Positions 44,571-55,063 are shown, counted from the first letter of the stretch. The stretch: 64,000 bases of DNA from Chloroflexota bacterium (GCA_035444285.1 DAOMOK010000025.1:7506-71505), one strand, 5' to 3'. A program made the numbers and translations. Notes: generated by a model not told the origin, from the sequence alone.

Positions 44571-44945
44571 CTACTGCACAACCACCTTACCCCGCAGCAT
44601 ACCCATCTGGCACTGGAAGGGAATTTCACCCCGTTGTTGGGGGGTGAACTCAATCGCCACCGTTTCCCCTTCCGGCAACTTGGCCGATTGACCAATCTTG
44701 TCAAAGACGACCATCTCGCTGCACATGGCCGATTCTTGCCGGTTAAAGTGCAGCCGGACGGGCTTGCCCTGCTTGACCACGATCACATCGGGATCGTAGC
44801 CGCCTTTCACCTTAATTTGCGCTTCCTGCACGCCACCTACATCCGCAACCTGGATGCCTTCCCGGCGGTAAAGCCAGAAGTACCAGACGATGAGGGCGAT
44901 AAGGGCAAGTCCAGTAACGTTAACGATAATCTGTGTAAGTGTCAT
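44571..44945 (-). CDS. Membrane-anchored cupredoxin-like protein of the CopA-adjacent type
   Basis: IKVKGGYDPDVIVVKQGKPVRLHFNRQESAMCSEMVVF...EIPFQCQMGMLRGKVVV (F-x-C-x-M-x-M pattern). Confidence 0.7.
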   Translation of the reverse strand: MTLTQIIVNVTGLALIALIVWYFWLYRREGIQVADVGGVQEAQIKVKGGYDPDVIVVKQGKPVRLHFNRQESAMCSEMVVFDKIGQSAKLPEGETVAIEFTPQQRGEIPFQCQMGMLRGKVVVQ

Positions 44946-44960
44946 GATAAAAACTCCTAA

Positions 44961-47672
44961 TTAAGCTGCCATTTCGGCCGTTTCCGCAAAGCTTCTGGCT
45001 TTGAAGAAACGGAGCCGGTTGGCATTCGAGACGACAGTCACGCTGGAGGCGGCCATGGCGGCCCCGGCAATCAGGGGCGAGAGCAGCAGCCCGAAGAAGG
45101 GAAAGAGGACGCCGGCGGCCACCGGGATGCCCAACGAGTTGTAGGCAAAGGCCCCAAACAGGCTCTGTTTGGCGTTGCGCATGGTCGCTTTGGAAATCTC
45201 GATGGCATAGGCTACGCCCTTCAGGCTGCCGCTCATCAGGGTGATGTCGGCGGCCTCAATGGCCACATCCGTGCCGGTGCCGATGGCAAAACCAACGTCG
45301 GCCTCGACCAGCGCCGGCGCGTCGTTGATGCCGTCGCCGACCATGCCCACCTTTTTGCCGCCCACTTTGAGCATGTGGACTTCTTGCGCCTTGTCTTCCG
45401 GCAGCACCTCGGCCAGCACGCTCTCGATACCTACCTGCCGGGCAATTGCCTGGGCAGTGCGTTTGTTATCGCCGGTGAGCATCATCACTTCCAGCCCCAT
45501 CTCCTGCATCACGCGGATGGCCTGGATGGAGTCTTCTTTGATGGTATCGGCGACGGCGACCACACCGGCGGCACGGCCGTCCACAGCCACGTACATCGCC
45601 GTTTTGCCTTCACCTTGCAACCGCTGCACATCAGCTTCAATGGCGCTGGTCTCAATGTCGTGGCGGCGCATCAGCTTGATGTTGCCAACCAGTACCTCGT
45701 GACCTTCGACAATCGTTTCCACGCCATGGCCGGGCACAGCATCGAACTCGGTGGGTTCAACCAGCGCCGCGCCCTGGTTGCGAGCGCCCTCGACGATGGC
45801 CTGGGCCAATGGATGTTCGCTGAGCAAATCGGCGCTGGCTGCGTTGCGCAGCAGCGCCGCCGTTTCAAAGCCGTTGGCCGGAACGGTGTCGGTTAGCTCT
45901 GGCTTGCCCTTGGTGATGGTGCCCGTTTTATCCAGCACAACCACGTTAAGCTGGGAAGCGGTTTGCAGCGCCTCGCCGTTGCGGATGAGAACGCCATGTT
46001 CAGCGCCTTTGCCCACGCCGGCGACCAGGCTCATGGGTACGGCCATGCCTACCGCGCAGGGGCAGGCGATGATGAGGACGGTGACGGCCGTGACGATAGC
46101 AAAGGCCAGCGCCGGACTCGGTCCAAAGTTGAACCAGACCAGGAAGGTAAGGATAGCGATAATCATCACCGCCGGGACAAAGTAACTGGAAACCACGTCC
46201 ACCAGCCGGGCGATGGGCGCTTTGGAACCCATGGCGTCCTGCACCATTTTCACGATTTGGGCCAGGGCGGTGTCTTTGCCCACCTTGGTGGCCCGGAATT
46301 TGAAGCTGCCGGTGGTGTTGACCGTAGCGCCGATGACCTCGTCGCCAACTTTCTTGTCCACCGGCAGGCTTTCACCGGTGACCATAGATTCATCAATGGC
46401 GGAACGGCCGTCAATAATCTCACCATCTACCGGAATCTTGTCACCCGGACGGACGACGACCACGTCGCCGACCAGCACTTCCTCGACCGGAATCTCAATT
46501 TCCTGCCCATCCCGCAGCACACGGGCCATTTTGGCCTGCAAATCCAACAGCTTGCGGATGGCCTGGCTGGTCTGGCCCTTGGCCCGCACTTCCAATGCCT
46601 GGCCTAATATCACCAGGGCAGTGACCACGGCCGTGACATCATAAAAAGGCGTCGCCGTTCCTTCCGGGAAAATGCTGGGGATGATGAGGGCCACCGTCGA
46701 GTAAATCCAGGCGGCGCTGGTGCCCAGGGCAATCAGGGTGTTCATGTCGGCTGCGTGATGCTTGAACGCAGCCCAGCCGCCGGTGAAGAACTGCCGCCCG
46801 GAATAAACCATCACCGGCAGGGTGACGACCCCCGACAAAATAAACAGCCAGCGAATGAGCGTCTCTGAAGCCTCAGCCACGAACAGGTTGGGCAGGTAAA
46901 GCCAGGGAAGTTCCGGGTAAGCCACCAATATCACCGGGATAGAGATGATGGCCGCAAACCAGAATTTGCGCATCAGGCTCTGGTATTCGCGTTGGTGCGC
47001 GGCCGTTTCCTCGTCTACGCCTTCTTCCTGTTCCACCGGGCGGGCGGCCTGGTAGCCAGTGGACTCGATGGCCGCCTGCACGGCGGCAAAGTCTACCTGC
47101 TCAGGAACGTAGCGGATCAGGGCTGTGTCAGTGCCGGGGCTGACGCTGGCTTCTAGCACGCCGGGCAGGTCGTTCAAGGCTTCTTCGATGAAACCCACGC
47201 AGGAAGCGCAGTGCAAGCCGGGGGTAATGCGCACCCGCATTTCGGCCGTGCCCACGTTGTAGCCGGCCTTCTTGACGGCCCCGATGAAATCACTCACGTC
47301 TGCCTGTTTTGGATCGTAGGTGACGTGGGCTTTGCTCTGGGTAAAATTCACGTGAGCCTCGGTCACACCAGGCACGGCTTGCAGGTTTCGCTCGACCGTC
47401 ATCACGCAAGTGCTGCAAGTCAGCCCAGCGATGGGCAGTTCTACATGTAGCGGGCCGGACAAGTCGGGATTGAATCCGGTGGTGGCGGAACCGGCCAGCG
47501 ATTCCACGACGTTGCAGCCCATCTCCTGATGCGCGTACTGATGCGGATTGGCGTCAAATATCTCGGCGCACCGGGCTGAACAAAAATAGAAGGTTTGTCC
47601 CATGTGGTCGCGTTTGGCAGCGGCCGTTTCGGGGTTTACTTCCATCCCGCAAACTGGGTCTTTGACCATCAT
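44961..47672 (-). CDS. copA: Copper-translocating P1B-type ATPase
   Basis: N-terminal TRASH/YHS (KDPVCGMEV...FYFCSARC) and two HMA domains (CSTC, CASC). TM CPC motif [19 protein letters not shown] and GDGINDAP. Start at MMVKDPV, after AAGGAG. Confidence 0.95.
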   Translation of the reverse strand: MMVKDPVCGMEVNPETAAAKRDHMGQTFYFCSARCAEIFDANPHQYAHQEMGCNVVESLAGSATTGFNPDLSGPLHVELPIAGLTCSTCVMTVERNLQAVPGVTEAHVNFTQSKAHVTYDPKQADVSDFIGAVKKAGYNVGTAEMRVRITPGLHCASCVGFIEEALNDLPGVLEASVSPGTDTALIRYVPEQVDFAAVQAAIESTGYQAARPVEQEEGVDEETAAHQREYQSLMRKFWFAAIISIPVILVAYPELPWLYLPNLFVAEASETLIRWLFILSGVVTLPVMVYSGRQFFTGGWAAFKHHAADMNTLIALGTSAAWIYSTVALIIPSIFPEGTATPFYDVTAVVTALVILGQALEVRAKGQTSQAIRKLLDLQAKMARVLRDGQEIEIPVEEVLVGDVVVVRPGDKIPVDGEIIDGRSAIDESMVTGESLPVDKKVGDEVIGATVNTTGSFKFRATKVGKDTALAQIVKMVQDAMGSKAPIARLVDVVSSYFVPAVMIIAILTFLVWFNFGPSPALAFAIVTAVTVLIIACPCAVGMAVPMSLVAGVGKGAEHGVLIRNGEALQTASQLNVVVLDKTGTITKGKPELTDTVPANGFETAALLRNAASADLLSEHPLAQAIVEGARNQGAALVEPTEFDAVPGHGVETIVEGHEVLVGNIKLMRRHDIETSAIEADVQRLQGEGKTAMYVAVDGRAAGVVAVADTIKEDSIQAIRVMQEMGLEVMMLTGDNKRTAQAIARQVGIESVLAEVLPEDKAQEVHMLKVGGKKVGMVGDGINDAPALVEADVGFAIGTGTDVAIEAADITLMSGSLKGVAYAIEISKATMRNAKQSLFGAFAYNSLGIPVAAGVLFPFFGLLLSPLIAGAAMAASSVTVVSNANRLRFFKARSFAETAEMAA

Positions 47673-48065
47673 CTTATCTCCTTCATGAATTTTTGGTTCA
47701 AGGGTATAGAGGCGGAAACAACGGCCGTTGCTTGCTTTCCCCAATAGGCAAGGTGGCGCCAGGTTAACATCCAGATCAAGGCAGTTGTCAAGGGAAAATC
47801 GATTGTTATTACCACTGCTGATACTCCTTCACTAAATGAACCGCTTTTGAACGGCCCACAGGTTTTCAGGTTATGGGCCTCCATCATTTGCATTGTACAT
47901 CTGGGCCTATTCCAGTGTAAGCGCAGCTTGGCGGTTGCGAGCATAGGCAAATTGGCGCATGTTGCCTCTAGGTGGAACCACTTACTTTTGCCAATAGTCA
48001 ATGGAACCCTTGGGTCTTGAGCGGTGTAGCTATAATAGAGTTGCTGCGCTTGACGGAGGCTTGAC

Positions 48066-49526
48066 ATGAAACGCAAATTAAAGCGGCCAGTTCGTTTGCT
48101 GATTGTTATATGGGTCTTTGCTGCCGCCGGTTGTCGCACACCCAAAACGGCCGATCTCCCAACAACGTCAACCTTAATTACTACGGCCGTCGATTCCATC
48201 AACGCCACCACCCCAACTGCAGATGCCAGCCCCTCCGAATATGCTCTGCCGGCAGCAACTGAATCTTTTGGCAATGTTGAAACCGGACAGCCTGTGAACG
48301 GCTCTACCCTTGCTATCACACCATCCCTGGCACCGGCTCCCAAGGAATCTCTGCCTGCTGCAACCGGTGAAGACAGATGGGCCGTCTATCACTCCGATCC
48401 ACAGCACCTCTGGAATCGCCTGTTTCGCCAATTCTTTAGACGCACTACGAACGAGGGTGAGGAGTATGGGTGGGATGCAATTGATCCACTCTTGTGGCCT
48501 GAAACCACACATTTGTTTGAGATCGCTACTTACCAACAAACCGTCCAACTGCTCGACGAATTCCTCGCTACGGATGGTGAAATGTTGATTAGAGATCCTC
48601 TCAAACGGGCTATGTTTCAGCGCGACTTATGGGCAGTCTTTGACTGGTTAGGGCTTCGTACTGACAACCACACCGAACAGCGTCAGGAATTACAATGGCG
48701 GATCGCTCGCATTATGCAAAAAGTGGCCCTTACGCAGCAGGAGATTTTATTGTTACCAGACAACTATATGACGGCCGTAAAATCCGGCGTTTTTCAGGCA
48801 ACTTACCAGAACGAGAATCCCAACGCCCCCTTCTTGCCTACTGGTTTGTTTGCGCGAAACGGGGAGTGGGTGACTGTTGGACGCCAGGGCGGGCCAATTG
48901 CCATGACGCATACCACAGAGTTTCCCTTTTTGGGACGCTCCGCCTTTCTGGTCTTTATCAGAGTTCCCGGTGGCCGGGAAGCAACACTGTCCTTTCTGTG
49001 GGAGCTAAATACGGAACAATCACCGGGCCTGCCTGTCGGTTTAGAAGTCGCGTTGGTCAGGCGGGGCCTGCTCATTGACCAGCAGGGCAACGTAATAGCT
49101 TCGCCGATTGTCGAGACAATCCAGCTTCGTCACTTTCGCCCTCAGCAGAGCTTCTATAACTTCGGATTGTATCGAAATCGTTTGTTTGCAGAAGCCTCCG
49201 GTGGACTGCAGCCAGTGGATAAAGAGATAATGCTGTTCTTCTCGCACGGCGATGTGTTTTCGATGGATTATTTTGGAGAAGTCGCCATAGATGTATGCGC
49301 GGGTTGCCACACTGACGCCGGCCTAGGCATCATGGGTATCAAGAGCATTTTGAGCTACTCGCGAGCAAGATTTCCCCTGCCCAACGGACAACGGCCGATC
49401 TTATCCGTCACAACGCCTGAGTACGAAGTGGAGGCGGTTATCACTTGGAAGACGCAGCAGGAGAGTTGGCAAAGACTCCAGGGGTTATGGAATGAAACGA
49501 TTTCATTTAGCGTACCGCATCCGTAG
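48066..49526 (+). CDS. Hypothetical lipoprotein with a single C-terminal CXXCH motif
   Basis: Signal peptide plus lipobox VFAAAGC. CAGCH lies near residue 420. Otherwise no recognisable domain. Confidence 0.55.
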   Translation: MKRKLKRPVRLLIVIWVFAAAGCRTPKTADLPTTSTLITTAVDSINATTPTADASPSEYALPAATESFGNVETGQPVNGSTLAITPSLAPAPKESLPAATGEDRWAVYHSDPQHLWNRLFRQFFRRTTNEGEEYGWDAIDPLLWPETTHLFEIATYQQTVQLLDEFLATDGEMLIRDPLKRAMFQRDLWAVFDWLGLRTDNHTEQRQELQWRIARIMQKVALTQQEILLLPDNYMTAVKSGVFQATYQNENPNAPFLPTGLFARNGEWVTVGRQGGPIAMTHTTEFPFLGRSAFLVFIRVPGGREATLSFLWELNTEQSPGLPVGLEVALVRRGLLIDQQGNVIASPIVETIQLRHFRPQQSFYNFGLYRNRLFAEASGGLQPVDKEIMLFFSHGDVFSMDYFGEVAIDVCAGCHTDAGLGIMGIKSILSYSRARFPLPNGQRPILSVTTPEYEVEAVITWKTQQESWQRLQGLWNETISFSVPHP

Positions 49527-49705
49527 TGTTCAACGTGAGCGCCAAATAGCGTATGCCGGGATAGGGCATTTGGCGCTCCCTTCGCCGGCGACATTACCGT
49601 ATAGTTGCTGGTGAGGCTAACCAATGGCGTGCGCCATCCTGGTGACGCCTGGACACTTACGCCTGATGAATACACCCTTATAATCGAAAAGAGGATGAAT
49701 AAGCC

Positions 49706-50164
49706 ATGAACAAAAACATCCGTAAAGACCGTAAACAGGCCCGGCAGCGCCAAAAGCGAAATCGGGCGATTACCTTTGCTCTCATTGTTGTGGGCGTGCT
49801 GGGCCTGGCTGGCTACCTGCTGGCCGCAGCTTTCTCCCGGCCGGCGCTCGAACCGCTGGCCGGCGATGTCATCGAAATTGCCGCCGACATGGGCGGTTTT
49901 GACCGGCAGGAAATCCATATCAAGGCTGGCGCACCGGTTACGCTCCGGCTGACCAGCCTGGACAACCAATTCCATACCGATGGCGGCGGCCAGCACCAAT
50001 GGGCCGTAGATGAATTGGGCGTCAGCGTGATTGCCCCGCCCAAAGGGGCGAACACGGTGACGTTTACGCCGGACTTACCCGGCACGTACACCTTCTACTG
50101 CGACATCTGTTGTGGCGGCCGGGCCAACCCCACTATGCAGGGCACGCTCATTGTGGAGGCGTAA
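49706..50164 (+). CDS. Membrane-anchored cupredoxin-like protein
   Basis: TM helix, then QEIHIKAGAPVTLRLTSLDNQFHTD...GTYTFYCDICCGGRANPTMQGTLIV. Confidence 0.6.
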   Translation: MNKNIRKDRKQARQRQKRNRAITFALIVVGVLGLAGYLLAAAFSRPALEPLAGDVIEIAADMGGFDRQEIHIKAGAPVTLRLTSLDNQFHTDGGGQHQWAVDELGVSVIAPPKGANTVTFTPDLPGTYTFYCDICCGGRANPTMQGTLIVEA

Positions 50165-50167
50165 CCC

Positions 50168-50992
50168 ATGACCCGGTCACTGCGGCTTCATACCATCGCC
50201 ATCGTTTCACTCCTGGGGTTGATTGCTCTCGGCGCAGTGGCCCTCACCGGTTTCTGGCACCCCGAGGCGCCGGCCGAGGCCATGCGGGCGTACCTGCCCC
50301 AAATTACACTACCAACCGTGATCCTGGCCGGCCTGGTGGACGGCATCAATCCGTGCGCCTTTACCGTGCTGCTGCTGTTTATCACCGCGCTGTTGGCTAC
50401 GCTGCAAGCCGGGCAGCACAGCGTGAATGTTGCGCGTATGCGGCTGATTGGGATGGGCAGCATTTACATTGGGGCTATCTTCTTCACCTACCTGGCGTTA
50501 GGGGTGGGCCTGCTCAAGTCGGTAGACTTTTTCACGCAGCAGCACGCGCTGGCCCGCTTAGGCGCGCTGTTTGCTATCCTGTTTGGCCTGTGGATGGTGA
50601 AGGATTACTTTCTGCCAGATGTGGGCTGGCAGCTGCAAGCGCCGGGTAAGGTAGGGGCTATTGCACGCCAGTCTGCCCGTAAAGCAACCATCCCTGCCTT
50701 GGTCGCGGGAGGATTTCTCATCGGTTTATGCACGGTGCCTTGCAGTGGCGCTGTCTATTTAGGGGTGTTAAGCCTGCTGGCTTTGCAGCCGACGGCGCTC
50801 CTGGGCTATGGTTACCTGGTGCTGTACAACGTTGTTTTTGTGCTGCCACTGGTGGCCATCCTGGTAGCTGCTTCGGCCCGGCCTACCCTGAATCGCCTGG
50901 CACACTGGAACCTACACCACAAGGAGTGGGTGCGGCTGGCGCTCGGCGGGGGCGTGATCGTGATGGGGCTGGTTATTTTGGTCATGGTATGA
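50168..50992 (+). CDS. CcdA/DsbD-like thiol-disulfide transporter family membrane protein
   Basis: DGINPCAFTVLLLFI and LCTVPCSGAVYLGVL sit in a 6-TM protein. Starts 4 nt after the cupredoxin gene. Confidence 0.7.
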   Translation: MTRSLRLHTIAIVSLLGLIALGAVALTGFWHPEAPAEAMRAYLPQITLPTVILAGLVDGINPCAFTVLLLFITALLATLQAGQHSVNVARMRLIGMGSIYIGAIFFTYLALGVGLLKSVDFFTQQHALARLGALFAILFGLWMVKDYFLPDVGWQLQAPGKVGAIARQSARKATIPALVAGGFLIGLCTVPCSGAVYLGVLSLLALQPTALLGYGYLVLYNVVFVLPLVAILVAASARPTLNRLAHWNLHHKEWVRLALGGGVIVMGLVILVMV

Positions 50993-51220
50993 AAGCCACA
51001 GGATGACACCCACACCGGTTTTGCCGGTGAGTGGGCCGGCCGGGTTCCACCAGTTTAGCGCGTTCCTCAAGCCTTCGCTGATGACTGCGCCGGTCGTCAT
51101 CAGGCCGATAGTCAGAACGCCAATGTCGCTAGAAACGAGGGCAGCCGCGGCCGGTCCGGTGGTAACGGCCGCCTGCTCATGGAGCTTATTTTTCTCTTCA
51201 GGAGCGGTGTCAGTTGTCAT
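50912..51220 (-). CDS. Hypothetical small membrane protein (3' end uncertain)
   Basis: GVLTIGLMTTGAVISEGLRNALNWWNPAGPLTGKTGVGVILWL looks genuine. The last about 27 codons overlap the convergent CcdA-like gene and may be out of frame. Confidence 0.35.
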   Translation of the reverse strand: MTTDTAPEEKNKLHEQAAVTTGPAAAALVSSDIGVLTIGLMTTGAVISEGLRNALNWWNPAGPLTGKTGVGVILWLSYHDQNNQPHHDHAPAERQPHPLLVV

Positions 51221-51262
51221 CTTTTACTTCTCCTATCGATTATCAATGCATGGTCTATCCGA

Positions 51263-51793
51263 TTACAGGATGGGGGCTGCCTTGGTAATGAGCGCGCCAA
51301 ACAGCCCGGCAATGGCGGCGGCAAAGGCAAGGATGAATAGAACCATCACCGTTTTGCGCAGCCGATCATTCTGGGCCAGTTCGGGGCCGTACTTCCAGGT
51401 GATGTAGAAAACGGCCGTCGCCAGGATGGGCGCAAACCAAGCCACGTGCTCCTTCCACTCCATGCCAAAGGTGTGCCAGCCGGCCAGGTTCGGGTTGTCG
51501 AGCAAGAAGTAACGCAGGTAACCGGTCAGGTCTGTCACGCCTTCAGGCGGCCGGGCCCGATACCAGGGATAGACGATGTACGTCCCGCTGATGACGGTGA
51601 GCCAGGCAATGAGAGCCATCAGGCCCGTGCCCCGCCTGATGCGTGGCAGCCGCTCCCGTATTCCTGCTGCGGTCACCAATTCTGGACGCAAACTATAGAG
51701 GCTGGCCAGCCCGCCGGCGAAGGCCAGTAAAAAAACTGCACCAAAAATCATGCCGTGTGCGGCCGTCCACAATTCGCGAAGTGTCAGACTCAT
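51263..51793 (-). CDS. Four-TM membrane protein, function unknown
   Basis: 176 aa with an AGGAGG-like RBS. Co-directional with its neighbours. Confidence 0.55.
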   Translation of the reverse strand: MSLTLRELWTAAHGMIFGAVFLLAFAGGLASLYSLRPELVTAAGIRERLPRIRRGTGLMALIAWLTVISGTYIVYPWYRARPPEGVTDLTGYLRYFLLDNPNLAGWHTFGMEWKEHVAWFAPILATAVFYITWKYGPELAQNDRLRKTVMVLFILAFAAAIAGLFGALITKAAPIL

Positions 51794-51808
51794 GGGAACC
51801 TCCTTTCC

Positions 51809-52018
51809 TTAACTGGAAGAGTTTTTAACCGTGCGCCAGCCGCAGATACCCCAGCAAATAAGCAGTAAAATGGGCAGCAGCGCCAAAGCTACGGTAAAAG
51901 CGACTGTCCGGCCGAATAGTGGCAAAATAACCAGCGCGATCAACGGCAACGAACAGAGCCACAATACAATCATCAAGGCCATCGTATCTGAAAAAACGCT
52001 TAATTTAACGCGCATCAC
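51809..52018 (-). CDS. Small two-TM protein
   Basis: 69 aa, hydrophobic. Located between the MBL gene and the 51263-51793 gene. Confidence 0.4.
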   Translation of the reverse strand: MMRVKLSVFSDTMALMIVLWLCSLPLIALVILPLFGRTVAFTVALALLPILLLICWGICGWRTVKNSSS

Positions 52019-52027
52019 AACCTCCAG

Positions 52028-53416
52028 TCAGGCCAGGGTGTAACTTTCTTCCCTGGCAGGAATAGTCGTTTGCCAGCTCCACTTTTCCAGATCGGTCTGC
52101 AGCGCCCGGCTGGCTTCTGGCTCGCCGTGGACGATGAATGTTTGTTGCGGCGGCCGTTCAAACCCGCCAAGCCAGCGCAGCAGCTCGTCGTGGCCGGCGT
52201 GGCCGGACAAGGCGTGCAGGCTGGCAATACGCGCCCGTACCGGGAATTCTTCGCCGTGAATGCGGATGCTTTTGGCCCCGTTGAGTAACCAGCGGCCGCG
52301 TGTGCCTTGCGCCTGGTAGCCCACGAGCAACACCACGTTGCGCGGGTCGGGCAGCCGCCACTTGAGGTGGTGCTTGATACGGCCGCCGGTACACATGCCG
52401 CTGGCCGAGATAATGATGGCCGGGCCAGGGCGGGTGTTGAGCTGCTTGGATTCTTCCACGTCGCGCACAAAGTGAGTGTCAGGGCAGCGCAGCGGGCAGG
52501 CGTGTTCATCCATCAACAGGTTGACATCCAGGTTGTGGTCGTCGCCAAAGCGACAATAAATGTGGCTGGCATCCACGGCCATGGGACTATCAATAAAAAT
52601 GGGAATCTCCGGCGCACGGCCGGCCTCTTGCAAGCGGCGCAGGTGGTAAAGCACCTGCTGGGTACGGCCGACAGCAAAGGCAGGAATGAGTAGTACACCT
52701 TCCCTGGCGGTGATGTAATCCAGCACCTCCGCTAGCAAGGTGGCGATGTCATCGTCGCTGTGGCGGCGGCCACCATAGGTGGATTCGACAATCAGGGTAT
52801 CGGCCGTTGCCATGGATGCAGGCGGTTTCATGACTGTCCCGTCGTAACGGCCCAGATCGCCAGAAAAAACAAGGCGATACGGGCCATCGGCCCCATCCAG
52901 ATTTACCTGTACTATCGCCGAGCCGAGTAAATGCCCCGCTGGCCACCAGGTAACCTCAACTTCATTCAGTTGCAGGGGTTCGTAAAATTGAACAGGAGAA
53001 AGCAGCCGCAGCGTCTCTTGCGCGTCGGCCGTAGTGTAGAGGGGCAGCGCCGGTTGGTGACGGCTGAACCCCTTTTTATTGGCATAAGCAGCGTCCTGCT
53101 CATGCAAATGGGCAGAATCGGGCAGCAGAATATCCAGTAAGGCGCAGGTCGCTTCGGTGGCATAGATGGGGCCACCAAAACCTTGCTGCACCAGCCGGGG
53201 CAGATAGCCGGTATGGTCAATGTGGGCGTGGGTCAGGATGACGGCATCAATTTGATCCAGCTGGATAGGGAATGGTTGCCAGTTGGCTTCTTTGTTCTGG
53301 CGGCCGCCCTGGAATAAGCCGCAATCTATAAGAATGTAACGGCCGTTTAGCCGCAGCATGAAGCGAGAGCCGGTCACTGTTCCGGCCGCGCCCAGAAATT
53401 GTAGGTCTATTATCAT
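52028..53416 (-). CDS. MBL-fold beta-CASP family hydrolase (RNA-metabolising type)
   Basis: LQFLGAAGTVTGSRFML, AVILTHAHIDHTGYLP, a beta-CASP middle part and C-terminal LSGHAGHDELLRW. The ATG at 53416 overlaps the MgtC stop (ATGA). Confidence 0.85.
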   Translation of the reverse strand: MIIDLQFLGAAGTVTGSRFMLRLNGRYILIDCGLFQGGRQNKEANWQPFPIQLDQIDAVILTHAHIDHTGYLPRLVQQGFGGPIYATEATCALLDILLPDSAHLHEQDAAYANKKGFSRHQPALPLYTTADAQETLRLLSPVQFYEPLQLNEVEVTWWPAGHLLGSAIVQVNLDGADGPYRLVFSGDLGRYDGTVMKPPASMATADTLIVESTYGGRRHSDDDIATLLAEVLDYITAREGVLLIPAFAVGRTQQVLYHLRRLQEAGRAPEIPIFIDSPMAVDASHIYCRFGDDHNLDVNLLMDEHACPLRCPDTHFVRDVEESKQLNTRPGPAIIISASGMCTGGRIKHHLKWRLPDPRNVVLLVGYQAQGTRGRWLLNGAKSIRIHGEEFPVRARIASLHALSGHAGHDELLRWLGGFERPPQQTFIVHGEPEASRALQTDLEKWSWQTTIPAREESYTLA

Positions 53417-53877
53417 TCGCTTTTCCTCTCCGAGGCGGTGTTGGTATCGGTTTGTCGCTGCAAAAGGCCAGATCGGGGACCGAAACGTAACAGCAAAAAA
53501 ACGAGAACGGTTGTTGCTATGGACATCAATACCATACCCACCCCCACGGCCAGGCCGATAGCGGCTGTTACCCAAAGGGTGGCGGCCGTTGTCAGGCCGT
53601 GAATATTGCCGCGGTGATGCAGGATAGCGCCAGCGCCCAGGAAGCCAATGCCGGTCACAATTTGGGCGGCTACCCGTCCCGGATCACCGTTACCAAAGCC
53701 GTGAGTAGATACGACGGTAAACAGGGTCGCACCCAGGCTAACCATACCATGTGTGCGCATACCTGCTTCTTTGCCGGCATGTTCACGTTCGTAGCCAACC
53801 ACCGCACCTAAAATTGTGGCAATAACCAGACGCAGGAACATCTGGGCATCAAGAGCCAAAGCGGTGACCTCCATCAC
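53413..53877 (-). CDS. mgtC: MgtC/SapB family membrane protein
   Basis: ILGAVVGYEREHAGKEAGMRTHGMVSLGATLF...TGIGFLGAGAIL...GLTTAATLWVTAAIG. Confidence 0.85.
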   Translation of the reverse strand: MMEVTALALDAQMFLRLVIATILGAVVGYEREHAGKEAGMRTHGMVSLGATLFTVVSTHGFGNGDPGRVAAQIVTGIGFLGAGAILHHRGNIHGLTTAATLWVTAAIGLAVGVGMVLMSIATTVLVFLLLRFGPRSGLLQRQTDTNTASERKSE

Positions 53878-53903
53878 CAGACTCCGGTTACCTTCTCCCG
53901 CGG

Positions 53904-54167
53904 TCAGGCAGCCTGTTGCCGGATCAAGTAGTTGTAGGGGAAGACGATTAGGGCGGTACCGTACAGACTATAGCCAATAATCCACAGCAGGCCGACGAGG
54001 AAGCCAACAGCCGTTAGCGGCCAAGCAAAGCCGGGCAGCAACGGCGCCCAGGTCTGGTACATCGTCCAGCCGAAGAGCAGGTCTCCGACAATACAAAGCG
54101 CATAGCTAATGACCAGGACTATAAAAATCGTAATCGCCACCGGGCGAAATTGCAGGGCAGGTCTCAT
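53904..54167 (-). CDS. Small three-TM membrane protein
   Basis: 87 aa, hydrophobic. I have only a weak recollection of a DUF5676-like pattern. Confidence 0.45.
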   Translation of the reverse strand: MRPALQFRPVAITIFIVLVISYALCIVGDLLFGWTMYQTWAPLLPGFAWPLTAVGFLVGLLWIIGYSLYGTALIVFPYNYLIRQQAA

Positions 54168-54243
54168 TTTGCACCTCCGTCATTTGACTGGTTTGCACCA
54201 CCTGGCCTGGTGCATCATCACACACATTCTTTCTTATCTCACA

Positions 54244-55032
54244 CTATAGAGCAGGTGAACTGTTTGCAGCAAGCGCCGAGTGGCGTATGTCAAGAGAGTA
54301 AAAATGCCTGTTGGCGTGGGCGCTATCTGGCCTATCACCCAACCGCCCATCCTCCAGCCACAACACCCGGTCGGCAATTTGCTGCAGGCGGTGGTCGTGG
54401 GTGACAATGACAATGGCCCGGCCCCTTCGACCGCGCTCAGGGCTGGCCTGGTCACGTCCCAGGCCACAGCAGAGCAGCTCCATCACTTCCCGGCCGGTCT
54501 GGCTGTCCAGGTTGCCCGTTGGCTCGTCGGCCAGGATGAGCGGCGGGTCGTTGGCCAGGGCGCGAGCGATGGCCACCCGCTGCTTCTCGCCACCGGAAAG
54601 GTCGGCCGGTTTGTGATCCAGGCGGTGTTCCAGGCCCAACATGGCCAGTAACTCGGCCGCACGTTTGCTGGCGGCCCGACCCTTCACCCCGGCCAGGTTC
54701 ATCACCACGGCCACGTTTTCGCGGGCGGTCAGCGCCCCCAGCAGGTTGTACGCCTGGAAAACGAACCCCAGCGAACGCAGGCGCAAAGCCGCCATCTGCC
54801 GCTGGCTCAGGCCGGTTATGTCACGGCCGTTGACCAGCACTTTGCCTTCAGTGGGCCGCAGCAGCAGGCCGGCCATGCTTAACACCGTCGTCTTGCCGCT
54901 GCCGGATGGCCCCATGATCAGGACGATCTCGCCCGGCTTCACCTGTAGATTGACGTGGTCGCTGGCTGTGACGGCCGTGTGGCCGCTGCCATAAATTTTG
55001 CTCACGTTTTGCAGTTCCAATACCTTGTTCAT
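54244..55032 (-). CDS. ABC transporter ATP-binding protein (MacB/LolD type)
   Basis: Walker A GPSGSGKTT, Q-loop, signature LSGGEKQRVAIARAL and Walker B LILADEPTGNLD. Start at MNKVLELQNV (55032). Confidence 0.9.
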   Translation of the reverse strand: MNKVLELQNVSKIYGSGHTAVTASDHVNLQVKPGEIVLIMGPSGSGKTTVLSMAGLLLRPTEGKVLVNGRDITGLSQRQMAALRLRSLGFVFQAYNLLGALTARENVAVVMNLAGVKGRAASKRAAELLAMLGLEHRLDHKPADLSGGEKQRVAIARALANDPPLILADEPTGNLDSQTGREVMELLCCGLGRDQASPERGRRGRAIVIVTHDHRLQQIADRVLWLEDGRLGDRPDSAHANRHFYSLDIRHSALAANSSPAL

Positions 55033-55063
55033 GATTCTCTCCACTTTGCACCTGGCAACGCTC

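Noticed and set aside
47669-48343. A 224-aa minus-strand ORF spanning the copA start, the intergenic region and the 5' end of the 48066 gene.
   Set aside because: It overlaps two better-supported genes and a promoter region. It has no motif and an implausible composition.
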